Source: Fimbriosthenelais zetlandica (lineage: Eukaryota). Taken from it: DNA of 64,000 bases. A program made the position numbers and the translations under genes. The stretch covers positions 12,028,001 to 12,092,000 of the forward strand of contig OZ365113.1 in assembly GCA_977030845.1 (NCBI GenBank). The letters run 5' to 3'. The notes beneath the pieces were generated by a model. The model had not been told where the DNA came from, ran no database searches, and saw only the letters and a program-made list of their open reading frames with translations. Shown here one piece after another: positions 1-13,580 of the stretch (position 1 is its first letter; every line of letters begins with the position of its first letter).

Positions 1-539
1 AGAATTTTGGGTTCCACGTGAATAGTTTTATTAATAGGAATGCATCAGTGCATGTGTGGCATTAAAGCAAGGCACTTCATATTGTCCCAAGTTTGATGCA
101 TGTGTTGTAAAAGCCCCTGAGAAAAATCAATATTAGCTTTCAATAAGTGATGTGTTCATATTAATTCAGAAATTTCGCACAGCGCCTCATTGAATGCCAG
201 CATATTAGGCTGCACCTCAGGGAGAAATCAGGCGGGCTCTTTCATTTCGACATCGTGACAATTTTGTTATCATAATCAATGGTTGTACGCAGTATATACA
301 AATACTGCCTGTGTTCATTTTGATAAATCGTAGTTTTGCATGATCAATGTATAAGGACCCATGTATCCATATAATGAGAATCATTTTTCTCTAAAGCAAG
401 ACTTAGTATACATGTTGTGCTTCCCTATTTAAACACATATTCACTAACTCATTTAAAACAATTTAAAGTCTTTAGATATTCAGCATTATTCCAGTCCTCA
501 CTGATTCATGGAAAATTCCAATTCTAAACTCTAGAAGTA

Positions 540-1500
540 AACGTTCACAGAAGATGGTGAACTTGTACTGTAGAGGAACAGTTCTACTTCTAGTCGGGAA
601 GCTGACAGGTCCCTTTCAAGGTCAGACCTTGCATTTCTTGCTGATATGGCCGGGGGATGTAATAGACCTGGGGACATCCAAACCTAAATTAGATTCTAAA
701 TGGTCAGTCGATTCCGGCCTGTGCCAGTCGGCTCTAGTCAGGCACGCCCAGCCTGGCCACTTTTCCATCCCGATTTGATAGGAGCAACTGGAGGCATGCG
801 ATGCTGGTTTCCTGTCCACTGAGAAAACTCCACCATACACATTAAGTCCAGCCTTAGTTGGTCAAGCCATGCAGTCCTTCGGTTGCAGCAAGTACAGTCT
901 ATCAAACTGCTGTTGAGCCAGACCTCGAGTGGACATCCCTGGTGAGCAATGTACGAATCAAACCTCTACTTCATGAAGTCACGCATACGACAATACACGT
1001 TAAAAGACGGTAATCTTGCCATGTCTTGCAAGCCATGGTCTCGTCTCACGAGGTGATTGAGAACTCGTTCCCCACAACTTGTAGGCTGGTAGACAGGGTA
1101 CCATGTTTTCAGAGCAGTTTGCATGTCCCTGGAAAAAGCTTCATACCCGTTGGGCATGGCCAGAATTGGCACAATTTGCATTGAGGTGGGGGGGGGGGGG
1201 GGGGGGCGGTGCAGTTAAAGGCCCTGTCGAATGGCAAGAGTAGGCAGTAGGCATAACACTGAAGAAGGAGGAGTATAGGGGGGGACGATCAATCTGTCCT
1301 CCCGGGAGGTCAAGTCCATGGGCCACCATCCGGCCATGGCTGGACCAATTGAATCACGATCACATGTGAGGGGTGGGAGGACTCCACCAGGGAAATTGGA
1401 GGTGGGCCCCACATCCTGAATTCAATTGCTATAGCTGATAAGAAGCAGATACCCGTTTCCCAGCAAGACCAATCAAAACATAAGCAGTTGTATCTCAACG
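540..1500 (-). pseudogene. Degenerate coding relic, family unassigned
   Basis: One minus frame runs ~200 codons from 1181 (MQIVPILAMPNGYEAF...RFDSYIAHQGCPLEVWLNSSLIDCTCCNRRTAWLDQLRLD...) with only a few stops. Interrupted upstream by a G19 run. Confidence 0.3.
1188..1206. repeat. Poly-G run (19 nt)
   Basis: Seen directly. Confidence 0.95.
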
Positions 1501-2139
1501 GTTGCTCCTTTCATAATATCTAGGATATCAGTGGCTAATTAAAAATAACATCATGACATCATACATTATAATTATATTCTCCTTGACTTGACTCAGACTC
1601 ATTTCTTTGTATCGTAGCCAAGTTCGGGCCCCCATAAGGTTGCAAATAGTTGGCACAACTTCATTCCTATCAGGACCTCACACTCAAATTAGGGTGGCGA
1701 ATTCATGAAAATCCCATAGTTGAAGAAAAGTTATTTTCTTTCTGTAGAAGCTATGATCTAGCCTCCATTTAACTTGAACAAATTTATTATTCTAAATATA
1801 TTACTCTATGAATTATACTAAATTCATTATTCTATGAGTTGTTAGGGAGAATATGGAATCGTAGCCAACAAGATGCCCATCCTAAGTCGGTGGGTTTCAG
1901 ACAACTGTTTAAACCTTCACTGTATATGTATGCATTGCGTTCATTCACCAGTCAGCCACACTGGAATTCTCCATGTTGAGTGATTTGCAGACAAATATGG
2001 CATCCTCCAAGTGAGGCCGTGAAAACTTTCTCTTTCTTATATTTGACTATGATGGAAGTTGGGCTGTGTGTTATCCTTGGGTAGTCCCCTCATGAAGCGG
2101 CTGTCAGCCCTTCCCCACTGGCCTTGTGTTGGATCTAAT

Positions 2140-2800
2140 CACCCATGAACGTCTACCCCTCTGCCCGTCTCTCTGCCTTTCGAAAGCTCACCAGCCTTTT
2201 GCTCAGGACTAGCAAGAAAAGGCCAAATAGAAGCATGCCTCAGAGCACTTACCCGAGTGGAATTTACTTTTCTATATATAGTCTATTTTTCTCTTACCCA
2301 TCAAATGAAATTTTTTGGGTTATTGTTCTATATATTTACGAAAAGACTTATGATGGACGTTTTCTGGACTGGGCTGATTTGCTTTAAGGGCATGTCATTG
2401 GGGACTATACCCAAGGAACTATCTTGCTAGTCCATTGGTGACTTTCAAACATTGACAAGCAAAATACAGTGACGGGTGGGCTCTTCATAATATCCATAAA
2501 TATAGCCTGTATTATATTTCTCATCCCAAAATAATACACCAATAAGGTCTTCTGGAATCGTTTCAAAAGGAACCTTATAGTAGTAGCGCAGATTGTCTGC
2601 TATGACTGAATGATATAACGCAGGCAAAGTAACACGGACATGTTCTGCATAGAAAGGAAGAGAAAGGAAACGAGATTTAAATAACATTTGAGGAACACTT
2701 TCTTTAAGTACTATTCCGCAATAGCTTTTAGCCTCGGCTTCGTGAGTTGTGTCAGCCGAGTCCGGCAAGTCTTAACAGGATCCGGAAATGGATCATCAGC
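2140..2800 (-). pseudogene. Degenerate coding relic (aromatic-rich), family unassigned
   Basis: 107-codon open stretch 2768-2445 (...LRYYYKVPFETIPEDLIGVLFWDEKYNTGYIYGYYEEP...). The same frame continues to ~2140 with scattered stops. Confidence 0.35.
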
Positions 2801-5800
2801 AGTTGGCCGCTCGTCTTAGCAGGCGATTAGCACTCCCTGGTCACTGACTTCAAGCTTGAAGCTGAAGAAGAAGGATGACGCTGGGTTGTGGGGTACTGGC
2901 CACGTTGCTAACAGGGTGGTTGCCCCCACAAGTTGCTGCTCAGTCTGCCATCCGACTGAATGGGCAAGACTAGCTTTTAAGCACCCGCATTGCAATTTCT
3001 CCATCGACTGGAAATTCAAGTGTTTTTATGTTCTTTTTTGTGTATGCCCCACTGACTTTCAACACACCAGTGGAGGGTTTTTTAGTTGGCCCTCCCTTCC
3101 CCTCAATCAGACACCTGATGCCTTAAGATTCTCCTCTGCTGAAAATGCCATAAAATCAATTGCGAGGATGACAGCCTAAAGTTACAAGGATAAGCCGCCT
3201 ATAGGCATTTATATCCCTTCTGTGTAATTTGGCTATACAAGGCCCAATTGCGTGCCCGAACAATGATTTATACCACATCAAGGTATACACGGTACAGAAA
3301 GTAATCTCTATGAAATATTCATGTCATTTGTAGCCAACATTGTTAAGAACATTCCTAATCTCAATAAAACTATTGATTGTGTATTACTATGCTTTATCAA
3401 TATTGCAAATAACGATGCATTACTGCTGCAACAGCCAAGTCATAGAATAAAATGCCTCTACTCAGCCATACTCTAAACCTGCCTATAATGAAGATAAATT
3501 GGCAAACGTAAATCAAGATGTATACGTGAAATGAGTGTCGATCTTTATGCTCAGGCCATTATCTTAGTGATTTGGTGAACGATCCAATCTAAGGAGGACT
3601 GATACGCTAATGATAATGTTAAGCAAAGTGTATTATGTGGCTTATGCTCTACGATATTGCCTCTAGTCAAGAGAGATGATGGCATATTATGCCGTATCAG
3701 TGAAGTCATTAGCAAATTACCTCTAAAGCCTATTTGGTAATCATATCATAAAGAATTTGATCTGCAATGATGAAGCCAACAAGTTGCCTGAAAATAGTCC
3801 TGTTGGCTTCCTCCTGCTTGACCCGTATCACACTCAAAACACTCAGGTAAGCTGGTATACGGGTGGTATCAAGTATTGTCCTGAACTGAACTGAACTCTG
3901 AATGAAACAGAGTCCATGCAGTCCACACCTGTAGGTATAACATGTGCTGCCATATTGTTTTACCGAATATCATGGTTATTATGTTAAACGATCCTTGCTG
4001 CCATCCCAGCTCCTTCCCTCCAACCAATCAGAACACCTTCCCACCATTTACCACCCACAACAACTCATTCACCTCCCCCCGCCCACCCGCCAACTCCCCT
4101 GCATGACCCACTGCATGACATACGATGAATGGGGGGCGACTAAAGAATAATGGCATGTTATTTTTGGTTGCCTGCATGGTCTGATTGCCAGCTCATGCCT
4201 AGGTTTGCTGCAGAACCTCTACCTCTTAGTTGGAGCAATTATTTATCAATCCCTGGCTCTGACCCTGCCCCACAGCTGTGAAGGCTAAAACACCTTGGGC
4301 ATGATGATAAATTGCAATAGGAATGCCATAACAAATGTGGCCTAATCGCAATATTAGATTTCTTATCGATGATCGATGAGTGCAGAGACCACCATAAGTA
4401 TGTTATCTCCAAATCATCACCCAAAATATCACTACAAAGACGGATACCAGAGCCAGAGATTTCCCCCAAATGCAATCGCCAATTTGGAATGATTCCTTTG
4501 CAAGAAACCCCCTAAATATACAAGTTTCATTTTATGAGTCAGACTTTGGCTTAAGACCCTTGCCACAGAGATCTTTTATGTAGCCGGGAAGACAGGAAGA
4601 TGGGGAGATGAGAAGACTGCTTGTTTTGCGGGACTGTCTTGTGTCACTTGCCCAAGGGCCAAATCTCATCCTTTACTGTCTGAGTCAGGAATGTTCGGAC
4701 GGCAAAAGCTGATGTGGTCTGCACCTCTAGAATTCATAAGAGAACAATCCTTCAGCTAGTCCGAAGGCAATATATATCATAAGATACTGGGACGATGTGT
4801 TTCCCTGATTTCACGAATGTCAAATCATTGTATTAGGTCTTTAAAAAGACTAAGAGATATAGACCTACGCAGTCTCTTGTTGGGAATACTCAGAGAGGAG
4901 AGTTCCAAATAGCTTTTATACAAGTTATATAAGTGATGACCTTTTACAACTGCAGCCAAAGCGATTTTCCCAATTCCATCAATGAAAGCATAGATAGGCA
5001 TGAAATATTGAACCAACAAACAATTAACCCAGAGTATAAACATACTGATAAAAATGGATCATCCATTGGGTATAAAAACTCACTAATGATGGAAGGTCTC
5101 AATGATCTGAAGTCAAACAAAAAGAGTGATGGATTGAGCATCTTTCAAGTATTTATATCACAAATACTGATTAATGTTGCAATTTGAAACTTACTTCTTT
5201 GTTAAGTAGTACCTGATAGTTTTTTTATCATCAGAAGAAAATCTGATGAGGCCATTTTTTCAAATATCATTATTTTGTAAAACAACACTCTTTTGAACTT
5301 TTTTCTCCGTTGCCTGTCTCTATTAAGTATATTTAACAAGGAAGTTATTACAATAATTTGTGTAGTGACATTAGCTTCACTTCACTGTCCATACCTAACT
5401 TGGAAATCTACAGAATTTTGTTTGCAGAACATGTTCCTATCTGATGTCTGACACTAGTGACAGGTATGGTAGATAAAAGTAGATTGTCACTGTATTCCAG
5501 AGAGCTGTAGCAGGCAATGTAACCCAAACTCTGATGCGATGGCTTGTGGTTATCAATGCCCCCTCTGTTTGCATCATTATCCCAGCAGCCCATGTCATTC
5601 CCCCTTGAGGAAGAAACAGAACATTAGCAATGTAATCCTTCCCCCTTGCAGCCTGATGAGTTGGCCATCGGGGCTTCAGATTTCTATTTCTGCTTAAGCT
5701 GAGCGTCGCTATGATAGTTGCCGTAGGCAGATACAAATGAACAATTCACTCAAGACAAATATCGCGATTGATATTAGGCTAATATCTTTTGATGTTGTTA

Positions 5801-7249
5801 TGTAGTTGCTTCTACACGATCGACTTGCACAGTTGGAATTAGATTCATTTGATGCAAGGCATTAGATGTATTTGATGTTTATCTGAACAAAAGACCTTTG
5901 AAATTGGATCCTGAAATTCCATAAATCAACCAGCTTGGATGATTATTGAAATGAATATTGATTCCCTGATGAACGACATTAATTATCAGTCAATCATGTC
6001 ATTGCCTGCGGAAAATGACCTCTGTGTCATCTTGCTGATCTGAAGAACCCCAAACAGCCATTTCTGATATTAATGGGGTTGAGGAATTTCTCGAGGGCCT
6101 TGCCTATTATCAGTCACAGTGGAGAATAAGGTCAAGGGAAATTTATTTAGCTTGGTTCTCATATGACAATTGAACATATATATTTATATATAACCTAGCA
6201 TTTTAGCAAAGCAGCAAAGTAACTGCTATATACCTTACTGATATAATTGGAAGAAATTTCCTGTTTCAAAACGAATATTAGCCATTGACTTATTATTGCT
6301 AATACCTTTTGAAACAGGACCCAGTATTGTATAACCACTTGATATAAGTCACATAAGACACATGAAAGTATTGTGTTGAACTACTTCTCGTTTTATTTAT
6401 TCCTGTCTTTCTACGATCGATGTAAACTTGCGCTCCTGGCTTCCCGAGTCTCAGAGACTTCAGGATCTTTAGAGCTTATCAAGGAAGAAACGTCCCTTCC
6501 TTAAATGTTGATAGCATCGGAAGGGCTGATCTGGATCGGAGCATGTGTTGAGACATCATCTCTTTGTTACCCCGCTCACGAAGCTCTCTGGAGATGGATG
6601 GCATCCGACCCGAGATCCTTATATTGTGTGTACATGGTGGGAGGAAATAATCGCTCAGATTGACAGAACAATCTCCAACTTCTTATAGGGATGTGATTTA
6701 TCAGTTATCCAATGCAGAGGAACAAACGTCAGAAGTTTCGTCTCTGGTAAGAATGATTAAGTCTGTGTGATGCAGTGTTATTGCACTATATTTTCCCCAA
6801 AGATCTATAGAAAACTTCCACTGTCTTTCTATACTTATAATAGACACTCACTTTCAAGGGGTTCTTGATATTATTTCTATTCATGTCATGTGCTTCAGAA
6901 TGTATGTTGAATGATTAATGACTTTGATATTACCTCCAACATCCATATTTACCATCCTTCCCTTCATAGTTATTTATAACAGACTGTGAATAAGGCAGAC
7001 AAATGTCCTCTAGCAAAGTCAAATCTATTTGAGCTGTTTAACATAGTCAGATAAATGACCTCCCCACCCTAAAGTTGGATTTGAAAACTAAACGGTGGAT
7101 GCATTGTCTCAAAACAAACTGAACTCTGTTGGCAAAGGAAATGTAAACTTGTTGTTAGACACATTAAACCACACATTGAGAAGTCTCATAACTTAATTCC
7201 ACATCATCTCAATGTATCCCCTGTCTGATTTCAGTAACTCTGTCGTGTG

Positions 7250-7700
7250 CTCTGCCATCTATACCAGTTGAGGTATCTGGTACCTTAAATTTCGCTTGAG
7301 TGCCTTCCTTGAATGTCAACACAAAGTCAGTTTGTCTTGGAAAGTATTAATTTTCCACCAGCTCATGTTCTCCAAGCATCCTCAAACAGTCTCTGGCTTC
7401 TGTTGAAAAATGGCCCAAGGGTCTCTTCAGAAGGGTTCCCTTTTCGGCAACACCGAATGAGCTGGTATTTTTGAGTCTGTATCCATATTCGTAGCCCCTC
7501 CAGGCGCCTGACCAGAACGAAGAAAAACTGTCTCGTCTAATTCTAGACAGAGTTTGTCAGAAACTTGAGAGCTGAGGAGAAGAAATAACTGGAAATTGTA
7601 TGTGTTTTGTCCGTGTAGCTATACATTGATCAAAGTGCTGCCTGAAGGGAGGTGAGATGGGAGTGTTATGGCAATGTAATACAAGAAACATCACTTAGAG
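7250..7700 (-). pseudogene. Degenerate coding relic, family unassigned
   Basis: ...KLCLELDETVFLRSGQ / frameshift / GAWRGYEYGYRLKNTSSFGVAEKGTLLKRPLGHFSTEARDCLRMLGEHELVEN*YFPRQTDFVLTFKEG... Protein-like composition with one frameshift and one stop. Confidence 0.3.
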
Positions 7701-10700
7701 GGCAAGGATGTCAGTTGTGAACTAACTCTGGGTAAACTGAGTCTACATCTGATGAAGGAAATATCAATAATTTATTCTTAGAAGATCCTTGATGAAAATA
7801 CCTGATCATACCGGTATCAATGGTTTCCCCTTCTATGTGGATTCATTGCAACGAAATGGAAGGAGAAAAACTGCCCAACTATAATGGCTATCGGTAACAG
7901 ACTAAAAGTTTGATATTGATAGCTTTTGTGCCTTCTGCATATTGAGTAGAAGGCCATTGGCGAGAATACTTCTGCTACTTTCAGAATGATTTATTATAGG
8001 CTCGTAATAACTGGCCAGGATAACGGGAGATTTTTTTGACGTTTGTCGCCCAGGGATTTTAGAAATGATGACCATTGGCAGTTCCGCTCTCCGGGTGACA
8101 TGAAAAGGTCGTAAAGCAAGACTGCCTCAGCGATCCTTCGTCTTCCAGCTGGCTTCTGCAGGCAAGAATGGTTCAGCACCGCTCAAAGCTGAGTGATTTG
8201 TTGGTTCAGATGATTAATGGGGAAAGTCTTCGACATTGCATAATCTAATCAAGGCATCCCTACATCATGGCTATAACTGTTGGCGTCCTGTTGATCGCAA
8301 GGGAGAAAAACTTGATAACGTATCCCAGCAGGCTTGCGTCACAAGGCTAATTATACCGGAAGTACAGGGTCCAAGTGGCGCCATCTGGTTGGCTCAGCAA
8401 ACATCTGAGATACTCGTTGAAAGTTGCGTCATCTATCAAACATTTATTTTCCAACTTGTGGTTTGTGATTTATGCTGGTCGATATGATGCTACTGATCAC
8501 TGTTCCACTGTAACAGAGATGGGATGACTTTATGAGGGATCTGCCCCTTCTCTCATCCCCTGAGAGCGATGCTTGAAAATATCAAGCTGGAGAGGAGTAG
8601 GTTTCAGCACTGGATTTCCATTCCCATTAAATTCTAGATCGATAGACCATACTGACATCCATGCAATTCTCCAAATGGTAATTTGTTATATATGGATGTT
8701 AAATAAGCTGTAAATTATAATTTGTAAGCCTACAAAGAAAAACTACGACCTTGTCAAAAGACGGAAACTAAATTATTTCCTCTTAGTCTTTGCTACATGG
8801 CAACAGAGGGCTAGGACTGATAGTTGTTTACCCTCCGTGGTCAAAAGTATAAGGGAGGTAATAAATATTTCTCCTTACACCTTTCCTCCTGTCACTGTCT
8901 TGGGCCAGCGGTCATTTCCGAACCGATATTCGGTCCCTTTAATAGGTGGTCTGAAGCCCTATAGATTAATGTTTAACCCAAGGCCTCCCAGCAGCCAGAG
9001 GGCAAACAAGCCCTGGCCCTCAATGATACGAGATGGTTCTAATTTCATCGGCTTTTATTGATTAAGCAAGCTGACTGCCCCCTTCCTCCTTTACTCCACC
9101 TTCAGTATAGTATAGGTCTCTGCCAGGGAAGGTGCAGTCTGCAATGCTTGGTGGTTCCTTCTCCCTGACCATGCCTCATTCAGTCAATACACATCACTCT
9201 TCCTTTAATAAAAATATGGTCAATTCCCAATTTCCAGGCTGTCTTTTACGCTCGAGGTCTATAAGCGGCAGCCCAATGGTATTTGTGATATATGATTTAT
9301 GCCAGCAGCTATAGCCGTACGTGGTGGAGGGCTGGTGAATAGTGTCGCTGAGAAACACAGCTTTTATGGGCATCTAGCCGTTTTATGTCCTAATCTCATT
9401 TGGTTATCAATAAGACCTTTATGCTGAACATAAAAACTGCAACTATTATACCGAACAAAATACGGCACTTTGCACTTAGCCTATACGCCATGCGATTGCT
9501 CATCACCCTACATATTATTGCCAAGAGCCATTGAGAATTTTAGGGCTCTAAATATCCTTCTAATTTGCAGTTATTCACTATTTTCTATAAATTCAAAGGC
9601 CTTAAAGACCTAAAATTCCTGTTACCCAAGGTACGTATGTTATTGATGTGACTGACATATTTCAAGGAATAGGGAAATCATATATCTGATGGAAAACTTG
9701 ATGAAACAGTTCCCACCATTTGCTGAGTAGAAATTGTTGACAGCATGTTTACTCAGTTTGTGGGAAAATCTTTTGGTGGTAAATTCTTGAAACAATTCCC
9801 ACCTGCAGAACTAAGGACAGAAAACTGCAGGCCCCCCACCCCCTTGATATTCTAATGGTTGCCCCCTTATTCAATCAGCCACTGACACCCGTGTCTTTCT
9901 CCCGCTCGATGATATAGAGATGAATGACTGGCCTTATCACTTTTCATGGGGCAATCAATATGTCGAGGCAGAGTTTTTCGTTGCTGGAACCATTAACCAT
10001 ATTCAATTACTGTGATCGATGATTATACTTTCTGATGGTTTTGTATCATCAGAAGCACATCCATTAGATAAAGTTGAGACAAATAGTCCAATGAGATGAT
10101 AAAAGATCAAATTATTCCATCAATATTCATCTTGAAAGATGTATTTAAAATGTCACATGCGGATTTGTAATTTGCATTCTATAAATGTAAAATTAATGGA
10201 ATCAGGAGAATCTTAAGGAAGAAGAATTGACTTCGGGTAAGGTCACTGAGAAGGCAGAGAAAACTTGCACTATCGGTTTTCAATTATGGATGATCAAAAG
10301 TAGTTGTGGTCCTAATTTATGGGCAGAGATAGCTGGCCGGTGACTGGTCCAGAGAAAGCCTTTGGTTAATATTTCATGGGAAGGATGTTCATGTCGTTCT
10401 GCAGGACGTAGCGTTGTCATTATACTTGCACGAACTCTATGGTTGGTGGGTGGGCATTCAGCTTCTTAGTTGCACAAAATCCTTCATCTGCTGTCCAAGA
10501 TAAGTCGATATGATTACCTTCAAGTACCAGGTTTTATGGGTGCAGATACTGTGAATCGATGTTGGAACTTAGGCCATGATCCATGGCCATTCTCCCCTTT
10601 AAGTTGCCATTAGGCCTAATTTGCTGACAATCAATTGAAGGTCATGCAATGTGGTATCTCAGGGAATGTCTTAATTCCAATTGCGATCCAATTGCCTTAC

Positions 10701-12799
10701 TTATTGCCTCCCGAGTGTATGCCTGTGGTTCGTAATACTTTGACTTTAATTTATCAATTTTCAGAATAAACACTAAAATATCATGCTAATAAACTGGTGA
10801 TTCAAAAAGTGGTGTTGGCCCAATCAAGGACAGGGTAAAACAAATACAAAATTCATTTTATTTGTATCACATGGAACCACCTATTATCAGGGCGGTCTAT
10901 TATAATATCGTGGGGAATATTGATGATAAATACAAATATTCTCCTTCAGACGAATGATACAGGAGTAATTCAGAGAAATAGATGGCCATAAGCCAGAATG
11001 ATGAATTTATTTTGGGGCTAACCCTGTGCTGAAAAGCAAGAAATGCCATGCTTGATTTGGGCAAGAACTCGCATCACTTAGCAATAAGCCGTCCAGTATA
11101 TACCAGTTCCCTAAGATGGTGAAATAAACCATTGGTTTTCCCATGTAGAAAGAGGTCCTTAAGCCAGGCAGCCCTGGTATATGAAGCAAAGGGTAGGGGG
11201 ATGTTCGTCTTGATATTGGTATGCACGGTGCCAGAGCCGTTATCAGCCAGACCCTGGTGGGCCAGCCAGTGGCGGACTTTTTTGCGAGGCGCATTGATCA
11301 GTGTCACCCCTAATCACTCACACAAGACGCCCCCCATTTACATGGTAATCCACGAATTATAACACTCACCCTGACTGCCACCTGCAGGCGTTACCAGCAA
11401 GCAATCCTCCACCCCCCTTCCCTTCAGCTTGATACTTTCCTCTCACATCTTCCTTCTCATTTCACTGACACTGCGTATATATTCTGGCCATTGATTGTAA
11501 ATCCCACCAACTTTACTCCACAAGGTTCCAAACCAGGCTTAATAAACACTAACGCCTGCTAGTTATTGAATCTGGTGATTTACAAAAAATAGGTTCATTT
11601 TACCACCGGATATAAAAGGTGTGCCCACTACATCGACCCTCCCCTGACTCGCTCCATCACATCATCTCAGTTTTCCGGCATGGACGCGGCGGGATGAGAG
11701 GACTGACTCAAATAAAGCTCAATTTTCACCCTCCGAGCTCTCCACTTTCGCCCAGTCCATCAAGAACTTGCCGGAACTAATATTTCCCTCTCATTTCTTG
11801 TATTTGACCATAATCTTTTTAGCAAGCTACTGCTCAGTCCTCTCTGATAGGGAGCATGACCACAGTGTGAAGGGAAATCCAATGAAGCATCTGGTGGATA
11901 TTCATGTATAGTGTGTTTGGTCTACCTGTCTTTCCTTCCCTCAGAGAAGCGAGCTGTGTGAAATCGATATGTATAGTGTCTATATCCTCCAGGCATTCGT
12001 TCTTCCGAGGAATCCTATATCTATTATAACTAAAACCATCTCCTTCTTCCCGTGGACTGATAACACTGGAGGTGAAAATCTATATAGCACACCATTTGTG
12101 CTATTGGATATGGAGATCCATCAGCAATGATTTCCCTCAGATGGAGCCCTCTTTGTTGAGCATTGTCCTTTCTTTCACACCCCTAAAACTGTCTTCAACC
12201 TTGTTCATGTATGTTGGGCTAATGGGAATAGAATACCATGAAACACTGCATTAGATTTATTGCCATTTTATTATAATCGTTATGTAGAATTACTTACAAG
12301 GCGTATACACATAGTGTGATTTGAAGACTGAATACATGTAACTTGATAATAACATCATTTAATTTTGATGGAAGTCGTAAAGAAGCAAGTTATTAATAAT
12401 ATTGGACTTCAATGATGAAAGGAACTGTGACAGCCAGAGCGAAAATAGGAAAATATTATGACTAAGATGGAAATTTAAATCTGAAGCAGAACCTCCATGG
12501 AAAACTCAGTGTATTAGAGTTGCCATCCTTCTCGGGGTTCTCCCTGTTCTGATGGTTTATTGATAAAAGGATTCCAGCTAAAGCAACATTTCTTGATGAT
12601 TCAATGTTGTCAGATATCCTTCACTAGGGCTTCGAATATTACTCGCAGGTCTTAGCGAGACGGGCATTATGTCAGTATCGTGGAGATGTTTTGTCAGGCG
12701 CGTCTAACGCTTTAGCCCTCACTGTCATAAGAGTTCATAGTAAACAGTGGTGACATGGCTGCTGCACGTTGCAACCCTGACGTATTAGCCACACAATCT

Positions 12800-13580
12800 T
12801 ATCGACAAGTCAGTCTTCAATGGAAGATGTAATTCTTTGCCTGTCTGGACTATCCAAGTGTGTCAGTCCATATTACTCTTGGTCTTTCTGTGCCGGGCAT
12901 GACCATCACCAGCCATTGTGCTGACTTGTATGAAGACCAGTGTGTGGCCTAAGCCAGGTGGTCAGTTCGGTGGCCCTGGGGAATGCTTAGTGGAGGTAGC
13001 CTGATCCCCTCATTCGCCAAGTTCAATATCCCCTGTGTCCACCTGCCCTTTGAGATCTTTATGGCCTAGTCAGTCTACCTGAACACTTTTCGAGTACTCA
13101 GCCAAGCTGTCACCAATGTGAAAGTTTAAGAACTTCTCAATCCGTAACCATGGCAACATAAATCCCATGGTAGAACAATGTTAGGGACCTAACGCCCAGT
13201 CAGTTCAACCTTTTCAGAAAGTGAAAGGATTGAGAGACCAATGTCTGCTCCTTCGGCCGCTCATGGGACTTGAGACTGATACATTGCTTTCGTCCCTCTG
13301 GCAGCTGGCTTATCCCTTTACAAAATAGCCCAAATCTGCTTTTGATTCATCTGAGATACAGAAATAACCACCTCTGGGGGACGAGAGGTTGAGATATGTC
13401 AGGATATTTAATGCTGGAGCAAGGCAACCTTTATTCAATCTCAAGGGTAGACTTTGAAAGGCCAAATGAATTTAGACGGGAAGCAAGCTGGTACGATGCT
13501 GCATCAATAAAGGTTAATAAGACTTAAGATAGCTGCAGAGGCAGAGCTTTGGCCTCTATGAAAGTTTTAACAGGCACTGG
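12800..13580 (-). mobile_element. Possible highly decayed Ty3/Gypsy reverse-transcriptase relic
   Basis: Long near-open minus frames with RT-like fragments in plausible order (IDAASYQL, KSRFGL, FHFLKRLN*LG, VQVD*LGH, SPGPPN..LG). No YxDD motif is visible and the spacing is imperfect. Confidence 0.25.

Noticed and set aside
8230-9410. GHKTARCP (zinc-knuckle-like) and CDASLLG (RNase H-like) fragments
   Set aside because: The knuckle lacks its first two Cys, and the spacing leaves no room for an RT domain. Kept only as part of the unassigned relic field.
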